Part shown: piece after piece, positions 13,681-26,385 of the stretch | How the letters are laid out: every line of letters starts with the position of its first letter | Numbering within the stretch: position 1 is the stretch's first letter | Source: Octopus vulgaris | Lineage: Eukaryota | Reading direction: 5' to 3' | NCBI GenBank assembly: GCA_951406725.2 | Contig: OX597814.1 | Location: forward strand, 194,060,001-194,124,000 | DNA: 64,000 bases | Notes under the pieces: model-generated | Seen by the model: the letters and a program-made list of their open reading frames with translations, nothing else | The model's database searches: none | Told to the model about the DNA's origin: nothing | Position numbers and translations under genes: made by a program

Positions 13681-14419
13681 AAAGAAGGAAGAGAGAGGAA
13701 AGAAAGATCCCGGAGCGGGCAACGGAGATAGAGAAAAAAAAAACGGCTGGTGTTAGCAGTAGCACATGGTGAAAGGCGGATGTTTACGATAACAAGAGCA
13801 AAGTGGGTTTTTAAAGGCAAAAGAGTGGAGACAAGGTTGGTAACGCAACAGATGTGTGTGTATGTGTGAGTGTGTGCGTGTGCGTGTGTGTATGTGTGTG
13901 TGTGAGGCGAGGTAAAAAAACAAAAAATATATGTATGTGTTAGTGTGTGCGTCTGTGTGTAGGCGTGTGAGGTAGGGCGAGACGGTGGTCAGCATAGCAG
14001 CAGCATAGCAGACAAAGGTCAGTAGTGAGAAAAGGGAGGAAGGAGGAAGGGAGGGAGGGGAAGGGGTGGGGGCGTATGTAGCGTGCCAGCGTGTGTTGAG
14101 TAGTAGTGTGTGTGTGTGTCCAGTGTCGTGGTAGTATTAGTGGCGAGTAGATTGAATGTGTGTAAGAGTGATGTATATGTTTAAGCAATGTGTGTATATG
14201 TGTGCGCGTGTGTGTAACGAAAAAAAGGGGGGGTTAGGAAAAGGACTCCAGCGGAGGGGAAGATGGAAGAGTGGTCCCGCGGAGACGGGCGTGGGAAAAC
14301 CCAACGACAAGCGACATCCCAGGAACGGGCGGGAGGTCTCGTCGGGTCCAAGGGCGAGGTGCATGCGGGCGCATGCGTGCGCGAACCGGCGCAAACGCGT
14401 GTGTGCGCGAGCCTGCGAG

Positions 14420-15920
14420 TGTGCGCGTACGTATGTGTGCGTGTGGATGTGTGAGTGTGTCTGTGTGTATGTCTGGGTGGCAGTGTGTCCGATGAATGTA
14501 TGTGAGTATGTGTGTATATATGTGTGTGCATAGATGTATGTCCGTGTGTGTGTGTGTGTGTGTATGTGTGTATGAGTGTGTATGTATGTACGTGTGGGTG
14601 TGGGGAAGTGTGTGTATGTGCATGTGTGTGCGCGAACATACAGGTGTGTGAGTGAGTGCGTGTGTGTGTATGTATGTGTGAGTGTGTATGTATGTGTGTG
14701 TAGGATGCATGTATGTGTATGGGTGTATGTATGCGTGTGTGTATGTATGTATGTGTACGTGCGTGTGTGTGTGTGTATGCGTGTAGGTGTGCGCGTGTGC
14801 ATGCGTGCATGTATGTGCGTATGTGTGTGTGTGTGCATGTGTGTGGGTATATATGTGTGTGCGTATATGTGTGTGTATGTGCGTACATGTGTGTGTGTGT
14901 GCATGTGTGTGTGTAGGTGTGTAGGCGTGTGTGTATAGGTGTATGTATGTAAGTATGTATGGGTGTGTCCGTGTATGTGTGTATGTATGTGTGTGTATGT
15001 AGCTGTGTGGGCGTGTGTATATGTGTGTGTATGTAGGTGTGTAGGCGTGTGTATATAGGTGTATGTATGTATGTCTGGGTGTGTCCGTGCATGTTTGTGT
15101 GTGTGTGTGTGTGCATGTGTATGTAGGTGTGTGTGTACGTGTGTAATGTATGTGTGTATGCGTGTGTATGCGTGCGTGTGTGTATGTAGGTGCGTGTGTA
15201 TGTGTGTGGGAGTGTAGGTGTGTGTGTGCGTGTGCGTGTTTATGTTGGTGTGTGCGTATGTGAGTGTGAGTGTATGAGTGTTTGTCATGCATGTGTGTGC
15301 GCGTGCAGGTGAGTGTGTGTGTAAGTATGTGTGTGTGTATGTTTGTGTGAGTGTGTATGTGTGTATGTCTGTGTGTATGTATGTGCGTATAGGAGTATGT
15401 AGGTATGTGTGTGTGTATGTATATGGGTGTATGTATGTGTGTGTGTGTGCATGTGTATAAGTATATGCGTGTGTGCGTATGTGTGTGTATGTGTATGTGT
15501 GTGTGTTTATGTATGTGTGTATGTATGTGTGTAGGCGTGAGTGTGTAGATGTATCTATGTATGGGTGTGTGTCAGTGTGTGTTTGTGTGTGTGTAGGTAG
15601 ATGTGTGTGTCTGAGTGAGGGTATGGCTGTGTAGGTGTGTGTGTGTATGAATGTAAGTGTGTGCGTATACAAGTGTAATGTATGTATGTGGGTGTGTGTG
15701 TGTGTGTGTATGTGTACGTGTGCGTGTGTATGTGTGTGTGTGTATGCGTGTGAGTGTGGGTGTATGGGTGTATGTCTGTGTGTGTGTATGTCTGAAGTGG
15801 GTATGTGTGTGTATGTATGTATGTGTGTGTGTGTGCGGGTATGTGTGTGTGTGTATGTGTGTGTGTGAGTAGGTGTGCGTGTATGTATGTGGGTAGGGAT
15901 GCATGCGAGTGTGTGGGTAT
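14420..15920. repeat. Degenerate (TG/TATG)n low-complexity tract inside the Penelope 3' region
   Basis: Direct reading. Confidence 0.9.
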
Positions 15921-16568
15921 GTATGCAAACATACGCAAGCGCACATCCGAAGCAAGCCCACACACACGAAGCGCGCTCACGCACACAACGCACAAGCAGT
16001 GCAACGCAAGCCCAAAGGGGCCGACCGAGCCCCCAGCGCGCGCCAAGGCGCGCGAGCGCAAAGGCCCTCGAACGCCCCGCTACGCGGGAACCGAGGATCC
16101 ATCAGCCAAAACCGGAAAGCAGAAAAGAGGGGGGGCTGCCTGGATGCAAAAAGGTGTATGTGTGTGTGCATTCAGTGTACGGGTGTGCATGTGTGGGTAT
16201 GTATGTATGTATGTGCCTACATGTATGTGTGCATGTGTGTGTGTGTGAGGTATGTACGTGCGGTGTGTGTGTGTGAGTGTGTGTGTATGTATGTGCGTAT
16301 GTATGTGTGTGTGTATGTGTGTATGTATGTCTGTGTGTGTGTGTGTGTGTAAGTATGTATGCGTGTGTGTATGTATGTGTGTGTGTATGTGCATGTGTGT
16401 CTGTAAGTGTGTGTGATTAAATGTGTGAATGTATGTACGTAGATGGGTCTACGTATGTGTGTGTGTGAACAGGCGTGTGGGAGGTAGGTAGGTGGGTGGG
16501 AGGTAGGTGGGTGGGTGTGTGTGGGTGGTGTGTCCGGAAAAAAAAAAAAAAAAAAAAAAAAAACGGTC

Positions 16569-18317
16569 TCAAGAGGAGGGGGCTGTGTTAAGTCCGTGTG
16601 GGGTGGTAGTTTGTAGGGTGAAGATGTAGCGTTGCTCCAAGTGGAGCCTGGAAAGTGGGCGACCATTGTGGGGGGCGAGACCAAACACTGAGATGTCATC
16701 TCGGGAATGGCCGGCCGAGCGGAAGTGGCGTGCGACGGGAGAAAAAGAGTGTAGGCGAACGTCCCTCAAGTGTTCAGTGAAACGGTCGGACAACCGGCGT
16801 CCCGTCTGACCTACATACAGCATCCCGCATAGGTTGCATTTAATGCAGTAAATAAGGCCAGACGAGGTGCACGTAAAAGAGTGCCTAATGCGTACAGTAT
16901 GCAGGTTGGAGCCGGTGACAGCGGTGGTGTTGGTGATGAAGGGGCAAGTGTTGCAGCGGGATCTAGAGCAAGGGAATGATCCGTGTGGGGCTGAGTGGGA
17001 AGGGGAGAGGGTGCTGTGGACCAGGAGGTCACGCAGATTGCGGGCTCGTTTGAAAGAGGACAGGGGTGGGTTAGGGAAAATGGGGCGGGTGGTGGGATCA
17101 AGCTGGAGGCGACGGAAGGCACGTAGTATCTTGCGACGAAGGGGTAGGGTAGAGGGGTGGAAAAGGAGGGGGAAGGGGGTGCGGTTGGGGGGTGGGCGGG
17201 GGGAAGGAGACAAGGCGGTAGTGCGGTCGATGCGACGGGCGCGGGTGAGGGCATCAGAGAGGAGTGTGGGTGGGTAACCTCGGAGTCTGAACATGCGGGC
17301 CAGGTATTGAGATTGGGTCTCGAAATCCTGGTCGCGGCTGCACAAACGTCGGAGGCGGAGGAACTGGGAGTAGGGGATGGCTCGTTTGGTGTGGAAGGGG
17401 TGGGAGGAAGAGAAGTTGAGATAGAGGTGGGAATCCGTAGGTTTAAAGAAGGCGGTGGTGGTGAGAGAGCTGGAGGGGTGATCGATGCGGAGAGAGATGT
17501 CAAGGAAGTTGACAGAGGTGTTGGAGATGGTGGAGGTGAATTGAAGAGAGGGGTGAAAGTTGGAAAGGAAAGAGATGAATTGGCCGAGAAGTTCCCGGGA
17601 AAGGGAGGTGGCACCTACACAGTCGTCGATATAGCGACCGTATAGTTCGGGGGTCGGCCCAGAGAACTGGGAGAACACTTGGGCCTCAATGTAGCCAAGA
17701 AAGAGATTGGCGAAATTGGGGCCCATCCTAGTTCCCATCGCGACCCCGGACACCTGTTGGTACGTTTCCCCGGCGAACGTGAAGCAATTGAGGGTGAGGA
17801 CGAGCTCAGCCAAACGGAGAAGGGTGGGGGTGCTGGGGGTCGGGTCGGGACGACGGTCGAGGAAGTGTTGGAGGGCTAGGAGACCGTCATTGTGGGGAAT
17901 CACTGTGTACAGGGATTTTACATCTAAGGTGAAGAGGAGGTGTGAGGGGCTGGAAGGGAAGGAAAAGGAATTGAAGAGACGGAGGGCGTGGTTGGTGTCG
18001 TGTATGTGGGATGGGAGGGCTGCGACTAAGGGGGACAGGATGCGGTCGAGGTATAGGGAGATGAGTTCAGTGGGGCAATTACAGGCAGAGACTATGGGAC
18101 GGCCAGGGTTAGAGGGTTTATGGATCTTGGGAAGGAAGTAGATGGTGGAGGTGCGGGGTGTGCGGACGATGAGGTTGGTGGCGGTGAGGGGGAGAGCGGA
18201 GGAGGAGATGAGGTCGTGGATGGTGGAGGACACTCGCTGTTGGTAGGAGGAGGTGGGATCGGAGGGGAGGAGGCGATAGAAGAGGGGATTTTGAAGCTGG
18301 TTGAGCGCTTCCTCCCT
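16569..18317 (-). CDS. Penelope-like reverse transcriptase + Cys linker + GIY-YIG endonuclease (N-terminally truncated)
   Basis: Motifs YFLPKIHK, GRPIVS, LDVKSLYT, GVAMGTRMGP, RYIDD, FLDI, CSRSRCNTC, GLIYCIKCNLCGMLYVGQT...RFTEH; frame stays open upstream of 18233 (EEALNQLQNPLFYRLLPSDPT). Confidence 0.93.
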   Translation of the reverse strand, partial: REEALNQLQNPLFYRLLPSDPTSSYQQRVSSTIHDLISSSALPLTATNLIVRTPRTSTIYFLPKIHKPSNPGRPIVSACNCPTELISLYLDRILSPLVAALPSHIHDTNHALRLFNSFSFPSSPSHLLFTLDVKSLYTVIPHNDGLLALQHFLDRRPDPTPSTPTLLRLAELVLTLNCFTFAGETYQQVSGVAMGTRMGPNFANLFLGYIEAQVFSQFSGPTPELYGRYIDDCVGATSLSRELLGQFISFLSNFHPSLQFTSTISNTSVNFLDISLRIDHPSSSLTTTAFFKPTDSHLYLNFSSSHPFHTKRAIPYSQFLRLRRLCSRDQDFETQSQYLARMFRLRGYPPTLLSDALTRARRIDRTTALSPSPRPPPNRTPFPLLFHPSTLPLRRKILRAFRRLQLDPTTRPIFPNPPLSSFKRARNLRDLLVHSTLSPSHSAPHGSFPCSRSRCNTCPFITNTTAVTGSNLHTVRIRHSFTCTSSGLIYCIKCNLCGMLYVGQTGRRLSDRFTEHLRDVRLHSFSPVARHFRSAGHSRDDISVFGLAPHNGRPLSRLHLEQRYIFTLQTTTPHGLNTAPSS

Positions 18318-18519
18318 AAGTAGGTGAATGAATTATCCTAGTATGGATAATTCGGTTAATCGATACCTGGGTAGCAAATTCACGTCAGAAAACACGGTTG
18401 AAGCTACATGCCCAGGGCAGAAACCCAGTGTTCTTGTGTGGAAATTTGTGTGTTTTTTTTATATGAATAAATGTAGGCAGTCATCAAAAAGTTTTTGTTC
18501 GTCTTGAGGCTGATAGAGG

Positions 18520-18618
18520 TTCCTTGTCTTTCCTGATGAGAAGACGGCATAATGCACCCTTTATTCCTTCGGAATTAAGAGTATGCAGTCTTCGAAACAT
18601 GTGTTGAGAGTAAAGGAA
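18520..18618 (+). ncRNA. Type I hammerhead ribozyme
   Basis: UUCCUU-gu-CUUUC-CUGAUGA-GAAGAC...GUCUUC-GAAA-C augu G-UU^-GAGAG-ua-AAGGAA; canonical core, bulged stem I, extended stem II. Confidence 0.85.
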
Positions 18619-18669
18619 TTTTGTTAAAATTTTCGTTCGACTCCATTCTTTCATTTATTTATATATATA

Positions 18670-19055
18670 TAAATTCTATAATTATAAGCATAATTATCAT
18701 TAGGGTTCAGCAAAAATTACTTCATCACATACCGAAATTTAGAAATAGCAGTTAAGTACTATTCCACTACCATAAGATATCTCCCAGACAGTAATACTTT
18801 TCTCTTTACCTGTATGAGTTGAGAGTATTACTGTCTGGGAGATATCTTATGGTAGTGGAATAGTATTTAACTGCTATTTCTAAATTTCGGTATGTGGGGA
18901 AGTAAATTTTGCTAAACCCTAATTATAATTATGCTTATAATTATAGAATTTTTGTATAAGGTTCCCGAGAATGGTTCTTTTAACATACCGAACTACTTGG
19001 TAAAATTATTAATTATCAATTGATTATTTAATTTTACCCTTTGCTATTATTGATT
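18670..19055. repeat. Asymmetric inverted repeat in (TA)n
   Basis: About 130-bp arms around 18800-18822, with a right extension ending ttaccc...tatata. Confidence 0.65.
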
Positions 19056-19268
19056 ATATATATATTTTTTTTTTTTCACTTGTTTCAGTCATTTGACTGC
19101 GACCATGCTGGAGCACCGCCTTTAGTCGAGCAAATAGACCCCGGGACTTATTCTTTGTAAGCCCAGTACTTATTCTATCGGTCTCTTTTGCCGAACCGCT
19201 AAGTGACGGGGACGTAAACACACCAGCATCGGTTGTCAAGCAATGCTAGAGGGACAAACACAGACACA

Positions 19269-19340
<72 letters not shown>

Positions 19341-19509
19341 CATATATACGACAAGCTTCTTTCAGTTTCCGTCCACCAAATCCACTCACAAGGCATTGGT
19401 CAGCCCGAGGCTATAGTAGAAGACACTTGCCCAAGATGCCACGCAGAGGGACTGAACCCGGAACCATGTGGTTCGTTAGCAAGCTACTTACCACACAGCC
19501 ACTCCTGCG

Positions 19510-19580
<71 letters not shown>

Positions 19581-19737
19581 TTGTGTGTTGTGTGTGCATG
19601 TGTGTATGTGGATATGTGTGTGTATGTGTGTATGTGTATGTGTGTGTATGTATATTTTTTGTGTGTATATGTATGTGTGGTCGTGTGTGTATATATACAT
19701 GTGTGTGTGTATATGTATGTGCATATATGTGTGTATG

Positions 19738-19770
<33 letters not shown>

Positions 19771-20093
19771 GTAGATATATGTATGTATATATATATGTGT
19801 ATATATATATGTGTGTGTGTGTATGTATGTGTGTATGTATATGTGTGTGTGTGTGTGTATATGTATACATATGTGTATAGGTATAAGTGAGAATCTCCTT
19901 ATTTACCTAAAACTCTATTCTTCTATATATTTTTTTATTCTTTTATTTATTCTTTTATCTAATTTACCACTGACTCCTTGACCACTCCCCTAAGTATGAT
20001 ATTTTTGCGCTATGCCTACCCCCAAAAAGTCCACCACCACCACCCCTTTAAACCTGCCTAAATGTATAAATGCCAATACAATTCTTGTTAACT

Positions 20094-20144
20094 AGCTTCC
20101 TGAAGATTTCTCTTGAATGAAACAGTTCTAGTCCTGTAGAAGCT
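20094..20144 (+). ncRNA. Type I hammerhead ribozyme (stem II imperfect)
   Basis: AGCUUC-CUGAAGA-uUUC ucuu GAAu-GAAA-CAG uucuaguc CUG-UA^-GAAGCU. Confidence 0.7.
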
Positions 20145-20153
20145 CCTTCTATA

Positions 20154-20231
<78 letters not shown>

Positions 20232-20247
20232 TACTATTTATACCTTG

Positions 20248-20289
<42 letters not shown>

Positions 20290-21039
20290 CAAGGTATAAA
20301 TAGTAATCATTATATATTTTTTCCTTTATTGGAGTAAATTTGGCTTACATCTGTTTCCAGTAGTCACGATAGGTTTGTTACTGATAGGTTTCTCAATTCA
20401 TCTGCCCAATTGAGAAACGTTTCATATCAGTAACAAACCTATAATGACTACTGGAAACAGCTGTAAGCCGTATTTACCCCAACGAAAGGAAAACATGTAA
20501 TGACCATTATTTATACCTTTTCTTGTATGTTACTCTGTGGAAAAACCAGTTTGACAGGAGCGCAACCACGGATTTATAATATATAATTGTGATGAACTAT
20601 AACCTCGGACACTGCCATTAGAATTTCTGGAGTTCTTTACTAATGTAAACAATATTGTTAGCCTGGTGCGCCAAAAGAGAGCTTATGAAGTACTTTGCCC
20701 GTATTGATAATCCCTCAACAATAACTATATATATATATATATATAAACTTAGATATGTTTCGACCAAAGATTGGTCCAGGCCATGTCTAACTTAATAGCA
20801 CCGCCTGATTAATAGCACCACCTTAATATATATATATATATACTACTAATATAGGATGAAGCTTTTTTACAGAAAAAAAATTCATCAAAAAATGTGGCAG
20901 CATATTAAAATACCTTTAAGGTTAAAATTATAAACAACTTATAAACAAGGGTTAAAGAAAATTATTTAAATTAACGATTTAAAAGTCTGTTATCAGCATA
21001 TTGGCATAGAAATAATTTTCTTTAGCCCTTGTTTATAAG

Positions 21040-21096
<57 letters not shown>

Positions 21097-21281
21097 AAAG
21101 CAAATAAATGGTACAACGAAGTACCGATATTTACTGGAAAATAGCGAACGTAATAAATACGACGCTAATGTATAGCTTCACTGCGTATGTACTAGCAAAA
21201 TGCGTGTGTGCAACAAACTTGAAAAAAATTGTCTTACCTCCAGGGAGAACATCTGAAAGATGAAATACCTAGAAAGGGATA

Positions 21282-21354
21282 ATGTGGTACCGGTTTCAGA
21301 TTTTTCAAGATATGTCTGCACACATATACTTGATTTATCTTCATCAGCCAACAT
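21282..21354 (-). ncRNA. Type I hammerhead ribozyme
   Basis: AUGUUGG-CUGAUGA-AGAU..UCAAG.AUAUGU gugcag ACAUAU CUUGA..AUCU-GAAA-CCGG-UA^-CCACAU. Confidence 0.85.
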
Positions 21355-21470
21355 ATACCTCGACAACATTTCAAATGTTGCCACATCCATGCCAATACAC
21401 TTGACTGAACGCCAAGACGTTGACAGAACATACATACATACATACATACATACATGCATGCATACATACA

Positions 21471-21540
<70 letters not shown>

Positions 21541-22545
21541 TTATTCAAAGAGCTTTTATCTCTACGAGAGTTTCACCGAGAGACTTGCATCTTCGGGAAA
21601 GAATTTTGTTCAGTTGTAAAAGAGGTAAAAACTGGACGGAAGCGATTTGATGCAGTTAGTTTCGTTGGAAAAGCAAAAACGAAAACTAATTCAGGACCAG
21701 CGGTCGCCTGATAAGGTTTTCTACGGAGAATTCTCTCGGTTTTATTAAGATTCATCACCCATTATTAGGAAGATAGAGTGGCTGTGTGGTAAGTAGCTTG
21801 CTAACCAACCACATGGTTCCGGGTTCAGTCCCACTGCGTGGCATCTTGGGCAAGTGTCTTCTGCTATAGCCTCGGGTCGACCAATGCCTTGTGAGTGGAT
21901 TTGGTAGACGGTAACTGAAAGAAGCCCGTCGTATATATGTATATATATATATATAAATGTGTGTGTTTGTGTGTCTGTGTTTGTCCCCCTAGCATTGCTT
22001 GACAACCGATGCTGGTGTGTTTACGTCCCCGTCACTTAGCGGTTCGGCGAAAAGAGACCGATAGAATAAGTACTGGGCTTACAAAGAATAAGTCCCGGGG
22101 TCTATTTGCTCGACTAAAGGCGGTGCTCCAGCATGGCCGCAGTCAAATGACTGAAACAAGTCAAAGAGTAAAAGAGAAGAGCCCACCATTGAATGTGGGT
22201 AGAAGAAGAATTGAAAAACCAGACAATATAGGTAATATAGAAGATACACATAGTACCAGGAAGAAGACCATGGACAGTTCTAATAGGCTAATCCACTCAG
22301 TAATGATCCAACACATGCAAACCGAAATGTCAGTGAGCCATAACAAAAACTAAGGTGTTGTTATTGAATTAGACCCTCTCTCTGTTTGTAGAGAATGTGG
22401 GAACTAAGTAAGGCTGACGAGTGATCCCTAATATAATATCTTGGAAATGATAAATTAGGTGCAGTAAATATAATTAAAAACATTGATGGTACTACGTTGT
22501 AGTGTTCCATATGATGTGGTATGTATGTATGTATATATATATATA

Positions 22546-22602
<57 letters not shown>

Positions 22603-23025
22603 TCTCTCTCTCTCTCTCTTTTACTCTTTTACTTGTTTCAGCCATTTGACTGCGCTCATGCTGGAGCACCGCCTTTAGTCGAGCAAATCGGCCCCTGGAC
22701 TTATTCTTTGTAAGCCTAGTACTTATCCTATCGGTCTCTTTTGCTGAACCACTAAGTTACAAGGACGTAAACACACCAGCATCGGTTGTCAAGTGATGTT
22801 GGGGGGACAAACACAGACACACAAACATATATACACACACACATATATACATATATACGACGGGCTTCTTTCAGTTTCCGTCTACCAAATCCACTCACAA
22901 GGCTTTGGTCGGCCCGAGGCTATAGTAGAAGACACTTGCCCAAGGTGCCACGCAGTGGGACTGAACCCGGAACCATGTGGTTAGTAAGCAAGCTACTACC
23001 ACACAGCCAATATATATATACATAC

Positions 23026-23165
<140 letters not shown>

Positions 23166-24869
23166 ATTCAGTAGATGAAGTTATGAAAAGATATAGCGAG
23201 ATTTGGGCGAGTACTAAAGGAAGAACAGAGGATGAGATACCTAACTACGTAAGCGAACATTGCACATTATTTCAAAAGATATATAAAACAATGAATTGAG
23301 GAGACAAGTACAAAACATACCTCGACTTCATCTGATTGCTTATCGCTGATATATGACGGCTGGTTTGAGGTAAATTTAAAGCGTTGTATCTTATGTAAAA
23401 TTTGAATTTACATGAAAACCAAAACAATGCAATTTAATAAAAGAGTTTTGTTGTCCTGTTTTTTTTGTTGTTGGTTTTTTTCTCCATTAAATTTTCGATC
23501 TAAAATGATATATTGTTTGTTCCTTCTCAAGCTATGCCCGGCTCATAATAGGCCGGTTTCCTTGGCCTATAGGTTACCCACCTGGATGGGACGCCGGTCC
23601 GTCGCAGGTGAGCTGCAACATGCAGGAGGAAAGAATGAGAGAAAGTTGTAGCGAAAGAGTCAGCAGAGGTTCGCCATTACTTTCTGCTGGAGCCGCGTGG
23701 AGCTTAGGTGTTTCGCTCATAAACACACACATCGCCCGGTCTGAGATTCGAACCCGCGATCCCTCGACCGCGAGTCCGCTGATCTAATCACTAGGCCATG
23801 TGCCTCCACTCAGGTCATCTTGGCTAAAACAGGAGCTGTTGAGGTAATGAACCACGAAACGTGGTTGAAATTCCCCACTATTGTAATGTCTTGTAACGGA
23901 TCTCCAATTTCCGGATAGGTCTGTATTCCCACATGATACGACACGGCAAAACATCGAACTATAGCGGCAAAAGTACCTGAAACATGATCTTAAGCGGCAA
24001 AAGTACCTGAAACATGATCTTAAGCAGCAACAATGTCCTGTTGAACCTTCACTCGACGAGAGAGTTCAACATTTGTCCACTACAGATCAACTGAGACACT
24101 ACAGATCACTTGAGACTCCCAGACGACTAATTAATTCGTTAACTCTGTTGCCGAATTCTGCTTTCCTTCCTCATTACTGGCTGCTGATATATCCACATAG
24201 CGTTGTTCGAAAGTAGCGAAATCCAAACATTGCTTATCTCTAAACGAATTAATGTTGCCTGCAATGATTCACCATAACTTAAGGAGGCAACAACTGTATG
24301 GAAGTCACTTCTAATTATCTCAAATCAGCTTTTTTGGAAACCAAACATCCTTGAAATATGAAGTTCGGCTTGTAAGAATCTTGGCCTCTTTCCATTGTTG
24401 CCGAGAATATAAATTTAGCATTTTCTAAACATTCATTTCTTCTGCTTTCAGTTGATCACTAATGAAGCTAACCAGCTTTGAACAAACCAGCGAGGGACTT
24501 TCTATGCGGTCACTCAAACTGTTAGAAATAGCAGTTAAATCTCCCTCAAATCATTTATATAATGTCTTGGATAATACGGCCCTAAGTCGGTACGATATCC
24601 CTGGGAGAACGAGGAGATCTTGATTCAGTCATTGGAGTACGGCCATGCTGGGGCACGATCTTGAAAGATTTTCGTTGAACAGATCGACCCCAGAACTTAT
24701 TTTTAAGTCCTTTCGGGGTCAATGAATTAAGTGCCAGTGAAGCACTGGAGTCGATATAATCGACTAGTCCCCTCCCCGCCAAATTTGAAGTCTTGTACCT
24801 CCAGTAGAAAAGATTGTCTCTTTACTGTCCCCCTCATCCTTCGCCCTTGTAGCAAATGAATGAAAACAT

Positions 24870-24922
<53 letters not shown>

Positions 24923-25231
24923 AAACGGTGAACTGGCAGATTCGTTAGCGCACTGAACAAAATACTTAGCGTCATTTCGTTCGTGATTACGTCCTGAGTT
25001 CCCTCGAGGTCGACTTTGTCTTTCATCCTTTCGGGATCGATAAAATAGTACCAGCTACGAGTAACACCTCCACCAAAATTTCAAGCCTTGTGCCTATCGT
25101 AGAAAGGACTATAACCGAAATAACATTATTACAAAAGATATTAACCTCTAATACATTTGACAACATCACTACGTTAGCAATACGTTAAAAATAATACTAG
25201 AAAAAAATAATACTAGATAAACATTAAAATA

Positions 25232-25947
25232 TTTCGTTTTTGCATTTGGTTTGCGAGATTCTTTATGTAAATTCGTGTATTGAAGCACATTCTGTTGTGT
25301 CTGGCGGGGAATTATTCTCTTTTTGTGCCTTATAATTTAACATAGGAGTGGCTTTTTGTGCCTTATAATTTAACGCAGGAGTGGCTGTGTGGTAAGTAGC
25401 TTGCTTACCAACCACATGATGCCGGGTTCAGTCCCACTGCGTGGCACCTTGGGCAAGTGTCTTCTACTATAGCCTCGTGCCTACCAAAGCCTTGTGAGTG
25501 GATTTGGTAGACGGTAACTGAAAGAAGCCTGTCGTATATATGTATGTGTGTATGTGCGTGTGTGTGTTTGTCCCCCCCCCCCCCCAACATCGCTTGACAA
25601 CCGATGCTGGTGTGTTTACGTCTCCGTAACTTAGCGGCTTGGCAAAAGAGACCGATAGAATAAGTACTGGGCCTACAAAGAATAAGTCCTGGGGTCGATT
25701 TGCTCGACTATAAAGGTGGTGCTCCAGCATGGCCACAGTCAAATGACTGAAACAAGTAAAAGAGTAGAGTGTAAAAGACACTCACCGGTAAAATTTCCAC
25801 TCATTTCCTTCTTTATTTGCAAGGCGCAACGAAAATTTTAGAAAAATAAAGAAGGGAATAAGTGGAAATTTTACCGGTGAGTGTGTTAAATTATAAGGTG
25901 TGTGTGTGTTAAATTATAGGGTGAATGACTCTCCCCAGACACAACAG
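25232..25947. mobile_element. Asymmetric fold-back element (U3-A8 HHR family), interrupted by a family B SINE
   Basis: 12-bp TSD AACATTAAAATA at 25220-25231 and 25948-25959; homologous to 33975-34307. Confidence 0.75.
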
Positions 25948-26156
25948 AACATTAAAATAGTTTATCTGGTGTTGTTGAGAAGAGATTGTCTGAAGTTGCA
26001 GATATTTCCCCCTTTTTTTTTTACTCTTACTTTCACTGGTTTCAGCCAGAGGCTGCGGCCGTGCTGGAACACTTCCCGGATCTCTCTACGGAATTGTTTC
26101 TAGTGAAGTAGTGATCAGGACAGAACTGCTCTTCTTTGTGCTTCCGGCCACGATGT

Positions 26157-26385
26157 AAGTTAGTTAGTTAGTTAGTTAGTTAGTTAATTTGGCTCAAAAG
26201 CAAATAGCAAGGCCATGTAGGGGGACATGGAGTTAAGTACAGGGTGGTGTTCATGTAAAGAGTTCAGGCCACTTGAGGTCCAGGGAGGCTTTGAACAAAG
26301 CGGTCGTCGGCATCTTTACCATCTCGTCTGGCAGCTTGTTCCACGGATCCGCAACCCGAACGGAGAAAGCTCCTCTCCTTCGATT
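26157..26385 (-). mobile_element. CR1-type LINE 3' end with (CTAA)n tail
   Basis: FSVRVADPWNKLPDEMVK...FKASLD followed by (ctaa)n. Confidence 0.75.

Larger units (their letters stand above)
13553..18317 (-). mobile_element. Penelope-like retroelement, Neptune type, 5'-truncated, with long CA-rich 3' region and HHR-bearing pLTR
   Basis: RT/GIY-YIG ORF at 16569-18317; GC/CpG-rich; 3' end abuts (TA)n at about 13553; HHR-like motif at 13642-13680. Confidence 0.88.

Noticed and set aside
14137-16699. Long His/Thr and Val/Cys ORFs (up to 618 aa)
   Set aside because: Translations of degenerate (CA)/(TG) repeats, open in many frames on both strands
16811-18323. Overlapping ORFs in other frames of the Penelope ORF
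   Set aside because: By-products of C-rich codon bias in the real RT frame
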